This document shows, one piece after another, positions 9,818 through 19,614 of a stretch of 30,216 nucleotides of DNA. The notes beneath the pieces are model-generated. The model made no database searches. It had not been told where the DNA came from and was given only the letters and a program-made list of their open reading frames with translations. The position numbers and the translations under genes are program-made. Numbering within the stretch: position 1 is the first letter of the stretch; every line of letters begins with the position of its first letter. Location of the stretch: assembly GCA_019058275.1 (NCBI GenBank), contig JAHLVW010000082.1, positions 1 through 30,216 on the forward strand, read 5' to 3'. The stretch comes from Candidatus Heimdallarchaeota archaeon (GTDB lineage Archaea; Asgardarchaeota; Heimdallarchaeia; JABLTI01).

Positions 9818-10999
9818 ATGACAGTATCAGATAAAAGTCCAAAATCTATAGGAAATGAAGAAGCTAAAACTCTTATTATTAGTGGAAACTATGCTGCTGC
9901 ATATGCTGCTAAAATGGCTCGTATTGAAGTTGTAGCTGCTTATCCTATAACTCCCTCCACAGATTGTGTGGAAAAAGTTTCTGAATTCGTAGAAGATGGA
10001 GTAATGGGTGCTGAATTAATTAAAGTGGAAAGTGAACATAGCGTAGCAGGTGCTTTAATTGGTGCCTCATCAACTGGTGCTCGAACTTTCTCATCCACTT
10101 CAGCTCATGGTCTTCTCTATATGGCTGAACTCGTTTGGTGGGCTGCTTTAGCAAGACTTCCTGTTGTAATGAATATTGTTAATAGAGAATTGGCTCCAGC
10201 TTGGTCTATTTGGGCTCAAACCCAAGATTCAATGGGTTTACGAGATTCTGGCATAATTCAATATTATTGCAAGAATGCACAAGAAGTATTTGATACACTT
10301 CTTATGGCATACAAGGTTAGTGAACATGAACATGTTTACATGCCATCTCTAGTTTGTCAAGATGCTTACATTCTCTCTCACACAAATGCTCAAGTAGATA
10401 TGCCAGCTCAAAAGGATGTAGATGATTTCATAGGTACGTATAATCCTAAGCATTTCATATTGGATCCTAAGAATCCAATAACACACAGTAATCTATCTTA
10501 CCCACAGCATTATCGACAAAAACGATTCAACATTATGGAATCAACTCATAGGGCAAAACAAATCATTAAAGATGTTTGTGCTGATTATAAGAAACGATTC
10601 GGTAGATTCCATGGTGACCTTGTTGATACTTATGATATTGATAAGAAAACAAAACACTTCATCGTCTCCCATTCATCAATTGCAGAAGAGATAGAACTTT
10701 CTGTTGATATGTTGAAGAAGAAGGGTTATGATGTTGGCATGATAAGAATCAGAGTTCTTCGACCATTCCCTGATGAAGAACTTAGAGAGTTATGCAAGAA
10801 CATTGAGACGATTCATTTCATTGAACGAGCTCCATCATATGGTTATAAAGGTATCATTGCTATAGACACAATGGCTGCCCTTTTTGAAGGTGAGAATCGT
10901 CCAAAAGCATTCCATCATATTGAGGGATTAAGTGGGATGGATGTCACAGCAGAATATGCTGCAGACTTGATAGAAAAAGACCTTGAACCCCTAAAATGA
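9818..10999 (+). CDS. porA: 2-oxoacid:ferredoxin oxidoreductase alpha subunit
   Basis: SGNYAAA, AYPITP, VESEHS, TSAHGL, NR, RPFP motifs. Substrate (pyruvate vs branched-chain) cannot be determined. Confidence 0.93.
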   Translation: MTVSDKSPKSIGNEEAKTLIISGNYAAAYAAKMARIEVVAAYPITPSTDCVEKVSEFVEDGVMGAELIKVESEHSVAGALIGASSTGARTFSSTSAHGLLYMAELVWWAALARLPVVMNIVNRELAPAWSIWAQTQDSMGLRDSGIIQYYCKNAQEVFDTLLMAYKVSEHEHVYMPSLVCQDAYILSHTNAQVDMPAQKDVDDFIGTYNPKHFILDPKNPITHSNLSYPQHYRQKRFNIMESTHRAKQIIKDVCADYKKRFGRFHGDLVDTYDIDKKTKHFIVSHSSIAEEIELSVDMLKKKGYDVGMIRIRVLRPFPDEELRELCKNIETIHFIERAPSYGYKGIIAIDTMAALFEGENRPKAFHHIEGLSGMDVTAEYAADLIEKDLEPLK

Positions 11000-11011
11000 G
11001 GTGAAAACAAA

Positions 11012-11911
11012 ATGGTTACTACTAAAGAAATTTTAAGATTACCAGAACCAATTCTTCCTGGTCACGCTGCTTGTGCAGGATGTTCTTCATCATTAGGTTT
11101 ACGATATGCTTTGAAAGCTCTTGGTGATGATGTCATCATGTCTATTCCTGCGTGTTGTACTTCTGTCTGGCAAGGACCATATCCAAAATCTGCTATTAAT
11201 GCACCCGTTCTTAATATTGCTTTTGCAGCAGCGGCTTCTGCAGCATCAGGAATTTCCGCAGCTCTTCAAGCAAAAGGTAACAAACATACTACTGTTCTTG
11301 CTTGGGCTGGTGATGGTGGTAGTGTAGATATTGGACTGGCAACTATTTCAGGAGCAGCTGAAAGAAATGATAACATGATATATGTTACCTATTCAAACGA
11401 AAGCTACAGTAATACTGGAGTTCAAAAATCAGGCGCTACACCTCCAGGTGCACGTACAAAAACAACTCCTTCTGGTCGTGTTGGTTGGCCTAAAGATATC
11501 TCTCTTATAATGTGGACTCACAATTTACCTTACGTTGCAACGGCATGTACGTCTTATCCACGTGATTTCATTGATAAACTTAGAAAAGCTCAACAAATGG
11601 ATGGCTTCAAATTTATTTACTTACTAGCACCTTGTGCTATAGGTTGGCGATTCCCTTCAGAAAAGACAATTGAAATAGGTAAATTAGCTGTTGAAACAGG
11701 TACTCATATTCTCTGGGAATCTGTAAATGGTGATATTGAGCTTTCCCGGCTAAGTAAAAGATATGTAGATCCTGCAAAACGAAAACCCTTATCAGAATAT
11801 CTGAAAGATCAAGGAAGATACAGAGGAGTTAGCAAAGAACTCATCCAAGATTACCAGAATTACATTAATCACCAGTGGTCATTAATAATTTCCTTGTCAA
11901 AAGTAAAATAA
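11012..11911 (+). CDS. porB: 2-oxoacid:ferredoxin oxidoreductase beta subunit (TPP-binding)
   Basis: PGHAACAGC, AGDGG, NESYSNTGVQKSGATP, APCAIGW. Confidence 0.93.
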   Translation: MVTTKEILRLPEPILPGHAACAGCSSSLGLRYALKALGDDVIMSIPACCTSVWQGPYPKSAINAPVLNIAFAAAASAASGISAALQAKGNKHTTVLAWAGDGGSVDIGLATISGAAERNDNMIYVTYSNESYSNTGVQKSGATPPGARTKTTPSGRVGWPKDISLIMWTHNLPYVATACTSYPRDFIDKLRKAQQMDGFKFIYLLAPCAIGWRFPSEKTIEIGKLAVETGTHILWESVNGDIELSRLSKRYVDPAKRKPLSEYLKDQGRYRGVSKELIQDYQNYINHQWSLIISLSKVK

Positions 11912-11916
11912 ATATT

Positions 11917-11936
11917 TGAAGCAATTATTTGCTTCA
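11917..11936. terminator. Inverted repeat between convergent porB and the MBL gene
   Basis: TGAAGCAA-TTAT-TTGCTTCA followed by a T tract. Confidence 0.6.
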
Positions 11937-11952
11937 TTCAATCTCTTTTTTC

Positions 11953-12618
11953 TTACCAATATTCCATCATCTGTTTTGCTGAAAGAATATTCGCTTTAAT
12001 GTTTTTATGCATATCAGGACCATGTCCGCTGTACAAATGTTCAATATCCAGTTTGGCTACTTTTCCCAAAGTAGAAATCATAACTTGTCGATTTCCTGTA
12101 GGAAGATCCACCCTACCACAAGCTCTACCTGCAAACACTACATCTCCTGCAAACAAGTTTTTACCTTCTTTGTCGTATAGTATTGCTGATCCATCAGTAT
12201 GTCCTGGAGTATAAATTACTTCAAGCTCTATATCCCCAAATTTTAAAATCTCACCATCTAAATAGATTTTATCTATTGAATAATTTATTTTACCTCCATA
12301 TTTGGAGACTAGTGTAACATCATCTCGAGAGTTGATGTGTTTAGCTGCTTTTTCACTAGCACTAAAAGTTACTTTTTCAAAATCCCTTAGATTATTCTCT
12401 CCAAGAATGTGATCTATATGGCAATGTGTAAGAAAAATCTCGATTGAGTAATCACTAAATTTCTTATTTACAATTGATGCCAAACTCTTTTTCAAAGCAA
12501 ATCTAGTTAATTTTCCACCAATACCTATGTCAACAACTAACAACTGCTTTAGATTTTCTTCACTCAAAATAAAGCAATTAGAACATAGACCAGATCCCCT
12601 AATAATATCTAATTTCAT
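11953..12618 (-). CDS. MBL-fold metallo-hydrolase (glyoxalase II-like)
   Basis: THCHIDH, TPGHT, FAGD, GRVDLP, SGHG. Confidence 0.92.
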   Translation of the reverse strand: MKLDIIRGSGLCSNCFILSEENLKQLLVVDIGIGGKLTRFALKKSLASIVNKKFSDYSIEIFLTHCHIDHILGENNLRDFEKVTFSASEKAAKHINSRDDVTLVSKYGGKINYSIDKIYLDGEILKFGDIELEVIYTPGHTDGSAILYDKEGKNLFAGDVVFAGRACGRVDLPTGNRQVMISTLGKVAKLDIEHLYSGHGPDMHKNIKANILSAKQMMEYW

Positions 12619-13131
12619 TCAGTCTTCTCTCCACAAGTTTTTCTCCATTATTAAAACAATATTGCCTTTTCTGAGCATCTGATCTTTTACTTTGTAACCA
12701 CGGTGAAGATAAAAATCCACTAGTTGTTTATGGTCCTCATAAGTTTCTATTATCACCTTCTTTTCTTCCATAAGACGAATCAAATGTTCTGCAGTATCCA
12801 TAATATAGGTTCCAATGCCCTTATTTTGCATATCTGCCCTAACAGCAACTTTTTGCACTTCCATTAGATTATCTTTTGCACTTCGTTTTATAGTAAAAGT
12901 ACCAATAAATTCTCCATCAAATAGAACAGAGTAAACAGTTTTGTTTTTCACTCTCTCAGTTACCTTTTCTTCTGATTCCAACATCCCTCGAGGCTTTCTT
13001 CCAAGTAATGGTTCAATTGGAGAGTATGCTTCTACAATTAATTTCTTTATCTGTGAAATCTCTCTGATGTTGGAATGTCTTATTTCAATTTTTTTCATCC
13101 ATTCTTCTTTTAGAAAATCTGGGAGATGCAA
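12619..13131 (-). CDS. GNAT family N-acetyltransferase
   Basis: VAVRADMQNKGIGT (motif A) and FYLHRGY (motif B). Confidence 0.9.
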   Translation of the reverse strand: MHLPDFLKEEWMKKIEIRHSNIREISQIKKLIVEAYSPIEPLLGRKPRGMLESEEKVTERVKNKTVYSVLFDGEFIGTFTIKRSAKDNLMEVQKVAVRADMQNKGIGTYIMDTAEHLIRLMEEKKVIIETYEDHKQLVDFYLHRGYKVKDQMLRKGNIVLIMEKNLWRED

Positions 13132-13311
13132 TTTAGTTTCAACCTAACAATTAATTGATTGCTTTGTATTAAAATTCTACGAATCTGTTTCTAAAAGATA
13201 TTTGTTTCCTTTCTTAAGAATCTACATTTATGGATAGATTCAGAAATAGCTTTTTTATATGATGAAAATTATCATTCTAAGAATATGTAACTCTAAGAAC
13301 CAGATAAATAG

Positions 13312-14454
13312 GTGTTGGAATTGCGACCAATAACTCAAGAAAAAATAGATAAACTAACTGAATTCATGCAAAAGAAAAAAATCGATTCAGTCTTCATTGC
13401 TGATTGGGAGAATGCTCGAGATGTTAATATGAGTTATCTTACAGGACATCCAATGGATGCCAACTTGATAATTACCTCAGATGGAGAAACAATACTACTT
13501 CCTTGGGATGTCGAATTAGCAGAAGATTATGCTCAAGTTGACACTCTAGTAACAGATAAGGAATCCAGAAATAATTATGCTGATTATGTGAAAGATACAG
13601 TGAAAACGGATACACCGATAATTGGTTTCAACACTGGCATTCCTTATAGGTATATTTTATCTATCAAGAAGAAACTACCTAATGCTAAACTCTTTGATGA
13701 ACCTCTTAAATTAGATGATCTGTTTAGAGAATTACGAGCAACAAAAAGCTTACAAGAATTAGATAAACTAGTGGAAGCAGGAAAAATAGGTAACAAGACA
13801 ATTAATGATATAAGGAAATTTGCTGAAGAGCAAAAAGGAACTGAAAATGATTTATCATTTCTGGTTATGAAAAAGATGAGAGAATATGGGGCAGAAGATA
13901 ATTCATTTCCTTCATTGGTAGCTAATGTCAATAGATCTCACATGATTCATTGTCATCCTGCAGCTAACAACAATGTCTATTCTGCAAATGGGTTAGCACT
14001 TATTGATTTTGGTGCTGTCTATGAAGGATATTGTTGTGATATTACTATTCCAATATCCTTTGGTAAACTAACTGCAGAACAAAAGAAAATCAAGAAGACC
14101 TGTTTTAGAGCTTATGAGGAAGCTATCGCTGCAATTGATATTGGTGTTCCACTTTGGAAAATTTCTAAGGCTGCAGTTGATGTCATTGAAGAAGCTGGTT
14201 ATCATATCCCTCACGGCTTAGGTCATGGTTTAGGTTTAACAGTTCATGATTCACCTGGCATCAGACAGAAACCAACTGAACCTGAAAAACTTGAAGAATG
14301 GACTGAAGTTGTTGTTGAAGATGGAATGGTTTTCACAATTGAACCTGGAGTTTATGTTAAAGGATTAGGTGGACAAAGACTTGAAAATGATGTTATGATC
14401 AGAAATGGAAAAGTTCAAGTTTACACTAAATCCGAACCAATTGAAATAGAATAA
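13312..14454 (+). CDS. M24 family Xaa-Pro aminopeptidase / prolidase
   Basis: IDFGAVYEGYCCDIT, HGLGHGLGLTVHD, FTIEPGVY, RLENDV metal-ligand motifs. Confidence 0.93.
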   Translation: MLELRPITQEKIDKLTEFMQKKKIDSVFIADWENARDVNMSYLTGHPMDANLIITSDGETILLPWDVELAEDYAQVDTLVTDKESRNNYADYVKDTVKTDTPIIGFNTGIPYRYILSIKKKLPNAKLFDEPLKLDDLFRELRATKSLQELDKLVEAGKIGNKTINDIRKFAEEQKGTENDLSFLVMKKMREYGAEDNSFPSLVANVNRSHMIHCHPAANNNVYSANGLALIDFGAVYEGYCCDITIPISFGKLTAEQKKIKKTCFRAYEEAIAAIDIGVPLWKISKAAVDVIEEAGYHIPHGLGHGLGLTVHDSPGIRQKPTEPEKLEEWTEVVVEDGMVFTIEPGVYVKGLGGQRLENDVMIRNGKVQVYTKSEPIEIE

Positions 14455-14460
14455 GTTAAG

Positions 14461-14482
14461 AGCAAATGAGAACTCATTTGCT
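14461..14482. terminator. Perfect inverted repeat between convergent M24 and PadR genes
   Basis: AGCAAATGAG-AA-CTCATTTGCT followed by TTTT. Confidence 0.6.
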
Positions 14483-14496
14483 TTTTCCTATTTCTA

Positions 14497-14868
14497 TTAA
14501 GTTTTGTCAAAAACTTTGGATAATATCTCCTTAAAGAGCCCTTTTGCTTCTTTCATTGATTTTTTCCCCTCATCTGTTAAGGAATAATATTTTCTATCTG
14601 GACGTCCTTCAGGGTTACCTTTCACTAGTGATGTTACAAGATTATCTTTCTCTAATTTGTATAAAATTGTATAAGATGTAACTGTTGCAGGTTCGAATCC
14701 AAATCGTTTCTTAATTGATTCCTTTAACTCGTAGCCATACATTTCCTTTTCTTGTAAAAGCCTTAGAATATATATCCAAAGATTGTCAATAGAAATTTTT
14801 TTCTTTAATCGTTTAAATGCTTTTGAAGCATCTTTTGGGTCTTCTTTTTGGAGATAACTTATGCTCAT
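14497..14868 (-). CDS. PadR family transcriptional regulator
   Basis: ILRLL..KEMYGYEL, YTILYKLEKDNLV, RKYYSLTDEGK. Confidence 0.92.
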   Translation of the reverse strand: MSISYLQKEDPKDASKAFKRLKKKISIDNLWIYILRLLQEKEMYGYELKESIKKRFGFEPATVTSYTILYKLEKDNLVTSLVKGNPEGRPDRKYYSLTDEGKKSMKEAKGLFKEILSKVFDKT

Positions 14869-15115
14869 TTTTTTCTACCTGCATTAAAGTTCTATTTAGT
14901 CGATACTAATTCTTTACATTAACGACTATAGAAAAAAGTTTTCCCATTAAAAGGTATTTCTGTAGAGTATTTTCCATTTCAGAATCAATTAACTTATTAG
15001 AAAACTCATTTCAAGTTGAACATAAATCTTTAAAATAGGTTATAAACGAAACAATCTATATACTAGTGATTAATATTATGTTTAATTGCTAAGTAATTCG
15101 GTCGTGAAAAAATAA

Positions 15116-15397
15116 ATGACTAAAAAAAGAAAATCTGGTGGAAGGTCTAAAGGAGCTAAAGGCAAAGGCGGTATGGTTCAATGTTCAGCTTGCGGAAGAC
15201 TTGTTCCAGCTGACAAAGTTAAGAAAGAAACAAAATACCTTACTCTAATTGACCCAACTTTAGCAAGGGAATTAAGAAAAGAAGGTACCTTTATTCCTCG
15301 CCAAAGAACCACAAAGAATTATTGTGTTTCATGTGCAGTTCATCGTGGTAGGGTTAAAATCAGATCAAAAGCTGATAGAAAAACCAAATCTTACTAA
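15116..15397 (+). CDS. rps26e: 30S ribosomal protein eS26
   Basis: MTKKRKSGGRSK, VQCSACGRLVPADK, YCVSCAVH..VKIRS..DR. Confidence 0.96.
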   Translation: MTKKRKSGGRSKGAKGKGGMVQCSACGRLVPADKVKKETKYLTLIDPTLARELRKEGTFIPRQRTTKNYCVSCAVHRGRVKIRSKADRKTKSY

Positions 15398-15479
15398 ATG
15401 TGAGTTTGGTAAGAGAGGTTTGTGTTCCCTATTCTTTTATTTAATACTTTGAACAAGCTATAGTAACTATTGTTTAGTT

Positions 15480-16097
15480 GTGTTTGTCATGTCTTTGAAA
15501 AGGAGAAAAATGAGGTTAACAATAATCCAAATAATGGAAGAAAACCCCCCCTCCGAAAATTTCTCCTTAAAGGATTTACCAAGTGCATCAAAGATCGATG
15601 TAGTTTCGAGGTGCATACTTTCAATTTTTTCTAATAACATAGAACAACTAGACATTAGTTTTCAAGCTATTTTTTCCAAAACAGATATTCATGTTCTTAC
15701 AGTAAATGAACTGCCACTAACCGATGAAATTTATGATGAGATAAGTGTTGCTTCATTAATAAAAGAAGTTATGCAAAATACCAAATCAAGTAATGGGGAT
15801 ATAAGTTGGGCATCAGTAGTTGATTTTCAGCAGTATATTTTTTCTGTTGTGTCTAATCATCAAACCACGTATTATCTTCATGAGAATGGACTATCAATTA
15901 AAGAGATAAAAGATGTTTTACTCCGGGAAGAATCATTGTGTTTTATCATTGGTGGTCGTCATGACATATCACAAGAGCATGAAAAAATTCTTGATTCACT
16001 CGGAGCACAACAAATCAGTCTCGGAAAGAAAATTTATCTTGCTTCCACATGTATAACATCAGTTCTATTTGAGCTTGAAAAACAGTTTGAACATTAA
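15480..16097 (+). CDS. trmY: TrmY-like SPOUT methyltransferase (tRNA pseudouridine-54 N1-methyltransferase family), divergent
   Basis: FSLKDLP..KIDVVSRC, YYLHENG, FIIGGRHDI, ISLGKKIYLASTCI. The true start is probably ATG 15510. Confidence 0.7.
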   Translation: MFVMSLKRRKMRLTIIQIMEENPPSENFSLKDLPSASKIDVVSRCILSIFSNNIEQLDISFQAIFSKTDIHVLTVNELPLTDEIYDEISVASLIKEVMQNTKSSNGDISWASVVDFQQYIFSVVSNHQTTYYLHENGLSIKEIKDVLLREESLCFIIGGRHDISQEHEKILDSLGAQQISLGKKIYLASTCITSVLFELEKQFEH

Positions 16098-16240
16098 TTC
16101 CTAAATAAAGTAATTTAAATACTATGGAAAAATACTTTCTTTAAACTATAGTAATATTCAAATAACCTTTAATTGTTGGGTCATTTGAACTTTTAGAAAA
16201 ATCATTATGTTTTTTGATTGAAGAACTGGTGGTAGATAAA

Positions 16241-16507
16241 ATGTCTGAAGATGAAAAATTAGCTCTTAGAATCTTGAAGGATATTAGTGAAGACACAAGC
16301 GTCCCAAGAAATATCCGTAGGAGTGCAAGTGATGCACTAGGAACTTTAGGCAATGTTGAACAAGAGGCTTCCCCAGCTATTAGAGCAAACATTGCTACTA
16401 GCATATTAGAAGAAACTAGTCTCGATCCCAATTGTCCTGTTCATGCAAGAACTTTGATTTGGAAAACGATTTCTATACTCGAGACGGTAAGGGATACTGA
16501 AGAATAA
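16241..16507 (+). CDS. UPF0147 family protein
   Basis: DTSVPRNIRR, DPNCPVHARTLIW..ISILE; ATG 16241 is preceded by GGTGG. Confidence 0.9.
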   Translation: MSEDEKLALRILKDISEDTSVPRNIRRSASDALGTLGNVEQEASPAIRANIATSILEETSLDPNCPVHARTLIWKTISILETVRDTEE

Positions 16508-16553
16508 TTAGTTATTCTTTCTTCTCTTTCTGAAAACAAAATATTCTCAATAT

Positions 16554-17951
16554 TTAAGCAGATATAGCATTTTTTAATTGCTTTTCAAAACGCTTGTCAC
16601 CAACAGCTAAAATAGTTGCTTGACCAAAACCAATATTCTCAATATATCGTTCAATTTCCTCTATATTGTAACCATAATCGGTAACTATCATAGCTGTTAA
16701 CTCTTTGTTCGAGAAATTAATTTGTGAAGCAGCAAGAAGTGCCTTTAACTCTTTCTTGTTATGATAAGCAAGAGAAAGAGTTCCTGTGTGGTCATCTCTT
16801 ATCAAGAAGTCACTTATCCAGATTAAGCCTATTATATTATTAATTTGAAAATCGAATCTCCAATTTTTCCTATCCAAACCCAAATCTGAATAGTTTACGA
16901 AAGCAATTGATTTTTGTGTAAGATTGAAATTGTTTTTCTTACACCATTTAGCAATGTAATTTCTAATTATTTTCTTATCTTCTTTTTCTTGAATTGCATA
17001 AACTACAAAGGATCCCGTTGGAAATGGAATTAGTAATTTGTGAATAATCCCTACCTCAATAAGATATTTGAAATCCTTTTCTCTAAATCGTGTTTCATCT
17101 AAGGCTGTTTTAAATAGACCAACTCTGTCGCGATCAGAGCTTTTTTGGAAAATCCAATTATTTAGAGCTATTTCATTATAGAATTCACGATGTTGATCCT
17201 TAATGATCGAGGGATTAGCAATGCTCTTTTTATGTTTCACTTTCCATTTAGAAGTAATTGCTCGCGAATGTATTCTGTTTTCCTGCTTCTCTATATTATC
17301 AGTGAATTTTGTTATGTGCTCATTTTGGGATTGAAAAGATATTTCTTGTCGGGTGGTTTCTTCAGGTGTTATGCTAACTGGTTCCCCAGCTTTTTTTTTA
17401 TCTACTGCACTTTTTACATGATCAATCGCTTCTTCCCAAAGTCTATCAAAATCTTTCTCTGCTTGAATTACCTCGAAATTTTCTTCTATTAATATTTCAT
17501 TTGTTTCTTCAATTGGATTTTCTCGCAAATTGGGCATTTCATTTTCTACATTTATTGCATCAGAATTAAGTATGTTTTGTTCATTGACATCAGTATTTGC
17601 TTGATTCTCTAGAATATCTCTATCTTGGAAAATATCAAAATCCTCATCAAGTAACTCAGATTCAGTAATGACAGTATTAGTTAAACTCTCAAGATCTTCT
17701 TGTTGAGTTTCATTTCTTGTCTTCATCCAATAGTAAAACAATAAACAAGCTTCAAAACCAAAGAATCCAACTATCAGTAACCAGCTATTCGATAGAATAT
17801 AAGCAGGAACTGATAGAAGAAAAATTGTGTAATTTCCCCCTATTGAAGCTGAAATTAGTAAAAACACATAGGTAACCAATAGAATATAGTTTATCACGGT
17901 AGTACCGATTAGAATCTTCTTCAGAGTTCCAGAACTCAATTTTATTTTCAT
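16554..17951 (-). CDS. Hypothetical membrane-anchored protein (2 N-terminal TMs, acidic linker, globular C-terminal domain)
   Basis: 465-aa ORF; hydrophobic over roughly residues 13-75, then an E/N/D-rich linker and an alpha/beta-looking C-terminus. Confidence 0.8.
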   Translation of the reverse strand: MKIKLSSGTLKKILIGTTVINYILLVTYVFLLISASIGGNYTIFLLSVPAYILSNSWLLIVGFFGFEACLLFYYWMKTRNETQQEDLESLTNTVITESELLDEDFDIFQDRDILENQANTDVNEQNILNSDAINVENEMPNLRENPIEETNEILIEENFEVIQAEKDFDRLWEEAIDHVKSAVDKKKAGEPVSITPEETTRQEISFQSQNEHITKFTDNIEKQENRIHSRAITSKWKVKHKKSIANPSIIKDQHREFYNEIALNNWIFQKSSDRDRVGLFKTALDETRFREKDFKYLIEVGIIHKLLIPFPTGSFVVYAIQEKEDKKIIRNYIAKWCKKNNFNLTQKSIAFVNYSDLGLDRKNWRFDFQINNIIGLIWISDFLIRDDHTGTLSLAYHNKKELKALLAASQINFSNKELTAMIVTDYGYNIEEIERYIENIGFGQATILAVGDKRFEKQLKNAISA

Positions 17952-18042
17952 GAAAACCCGACCCGAAATTTTTGAGCATAGATATGTTCAAATTGACCTT
18001 TTTAAACACAAACAAAATCAAAAATAAAAGAGAAAGAAGAGA

Positions 18043-18306
18043 TTATTCAAGCTTAGGTTCCTTCATTCCCCAAACGCATATCATTGTTACTAGAGATAAA
18101 CCCAATTTATGTTTTCTTTGATATTCTTTTTTATATTCACAATTTTTGCACTCAGTAGAAGATATTTTATTACAGTTCTTTGGACACAGAATTTCGTTGA
18201 ACTGTAATTTGGAATTTTTCCTTTTATTTGCTTGAGATCTCTCAATGTTTCCGTTTTCCTTGTTAATATTATGAGTTAATACTTCTCTGTACATATTGTA
18301 CACCAT
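18043..18306 (-). CDS. Small Cys-rich hypothetical protein
   Basis: 87 aa, CPKNC..ECKNCEY..C; co-oriented upstream of the 465-aa gene. Confidence 0.55.
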   Translation of the reverse strand: MVYNMYREVLTHNINKENGNIERSQANKRKNSKLQFNEILCPKNCNKISSTECKNCEYKKEYQRKHKLGLSLVTMICVWGMKEPKLE

Positions 18307-18516
18307 TTGACTTCATTCTTCTCTTCGTCATGAAACTACTTCTGAGATAAGAAAGAATCTTAATTTACACTTTTAAAGACCACAAAACAAACAGATTATC
18401 AGTATACTATACAAACATCCTAGTTGGAAATTTCCAAGATTCTTACTTTTTCTGCAATTATTCTAGAGTGGGTGTTTTAAATATCGAAATACGAACCAAT
18501 TTTTGAGTGGGTAAAT

Positions 18517-19296
18517 TTGATTACAGCATTCAATTTATTTACATCATTGGCATGGATTATTGCTGGAATTATATCAGCAATGATTAGCATATTATTTCTT
18601 ATGAAAAATCCCAAAAAACGATTAAATCAGCTTTTTTCAGCTGGATTTACATTTTGGTCATTATCACTTCTATTTAATGGAATTAACTTTGCAGTAGCAT
18701 ACAGCTCATTATTATTTGCTAATATTTTTCGAGACCTCTGTATTATCACTGGCATCTTAAGTGCTCTTCTCTTATTTTTATCTGCGATAGGCATTTACTT
18801 TGGTGCAGAGACTTTACATTGGATATTTTATGTTTTAACAGGAGTTGTACTAGTTGTTTCATCCATTTTTGGTGCAATGAATGATTGGGTGGTCGAGGAT
18901 GGTTTAGGTGGTTTTAAGACCACAGACAATTTACTTGGAAAATCATTTGTTCAAATTGTTCCAGCATTTTTCGTTATCACAGGGGCAATTTTCATGATTT
19001 TAACTTATTTCTCTTTGGAAAACAAAACAGCTAAGAAAAGAATTGGTTATTTCATTATTGGCTTTTCCACTATTATTATTGGTTTGTTTATGTTTCTTAT
19101 AGATACTCTAGTAGAAATTTCTCCTTATCTCTTTCCTTCGCTAGCAATTGTTACTTGGGTTACCGTTCCATTATTAATGCTTGCTGGTTTTTATGTCAAG
19201 GTTGATGCTAAACAAAATACAGTGACAATGTATGGAGTTGGTTCACAAGAATCAAAGACCCTTAATCCGAAACACAAAATCGAAAGACACTCTTAG
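18517..19296 (+). CDS. Stand-alone 7-TM membrane protein (resembles histidine-kinase N-terminal 7TM sensor regions)
   Basis: About seven hydrophobic segments, KNPKKRLNQLF loop after TM1, KKRIGYF loop before TM6, short cytoplasmic tail. Confidence 0.75.
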   Translation: MITAFNLFTSLAWIIAGIISAMISILFLMKNPKKRLNQLFSAGFTFWSLSLLFNGINFAVAYSSLLFANIFRDLCIITGILSALLLFLSAIGIYFGAETLHWIFYVLTGVVLVVSSIFGAMNDWVVEDGLGGFKTTDNLLGKSFVQIVPAFFVITGAIFMILTYFSLENKTAKKRIGYFIIGFSTIIIGLFMFLIDTLVEISPYLFPSLAIVTWVTVPLLMLAGFYVKVDAKQNTVTMYGVGSQESKTLNPKHKIERHS

Positions 19297-19530
19297 TGAA
19301 AGGTGGTACCAACTGCCCAACTCATTAGTTCTTTGTTGTTTGCCCTGAAAAATAGGTTTTAATGATAAAGAATAAAGCTAGAAATAGCTGATTGGTATCT
19401 CCTTTAACTTTCACAATTTTAACATATAGCGTTCTTATAGCTGATCACAATATCTTTCGATACAATCTAACTGATACTTTTCGTTCAGATCGTATAAACC
19501 TGAAGTTCTAAATCAATACTCTGTAAAGTC

Positions 19531-19552
19531 AAAAGTTACGGGCGTAACTTTT
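19531..19552. promoter_or_regulatory. Perfect 10-bp inverted repeat at the element's left end
   Basis: AAAAGTTACG-GG-CGTAACTTTT; half-site echoes AGTTAC at 19555 and CGTAACT at 19600. Confidence 0.55.
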
Positions 19553-19614
19553 TCAGTTACTCTATTACTTTGATGTTCTTTAGTATAATCCAAAACTTGC
19601 GTAACTATTTTGCT

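Noticed and set aside
14690-14700. GGTTCGAATCC identical to the tRNA-Gln T-arm (possible att site or tRNA fragment)
   Set aside because: It lies within the intact PadR coding sequence with no acceptor-stem match.
18517-19296. Rhodopsin or GPCR assignment for the 7TM protein
   Set aside because: No retinal-binding Lys motif within the last helix and no other diagnostic motif is visible.
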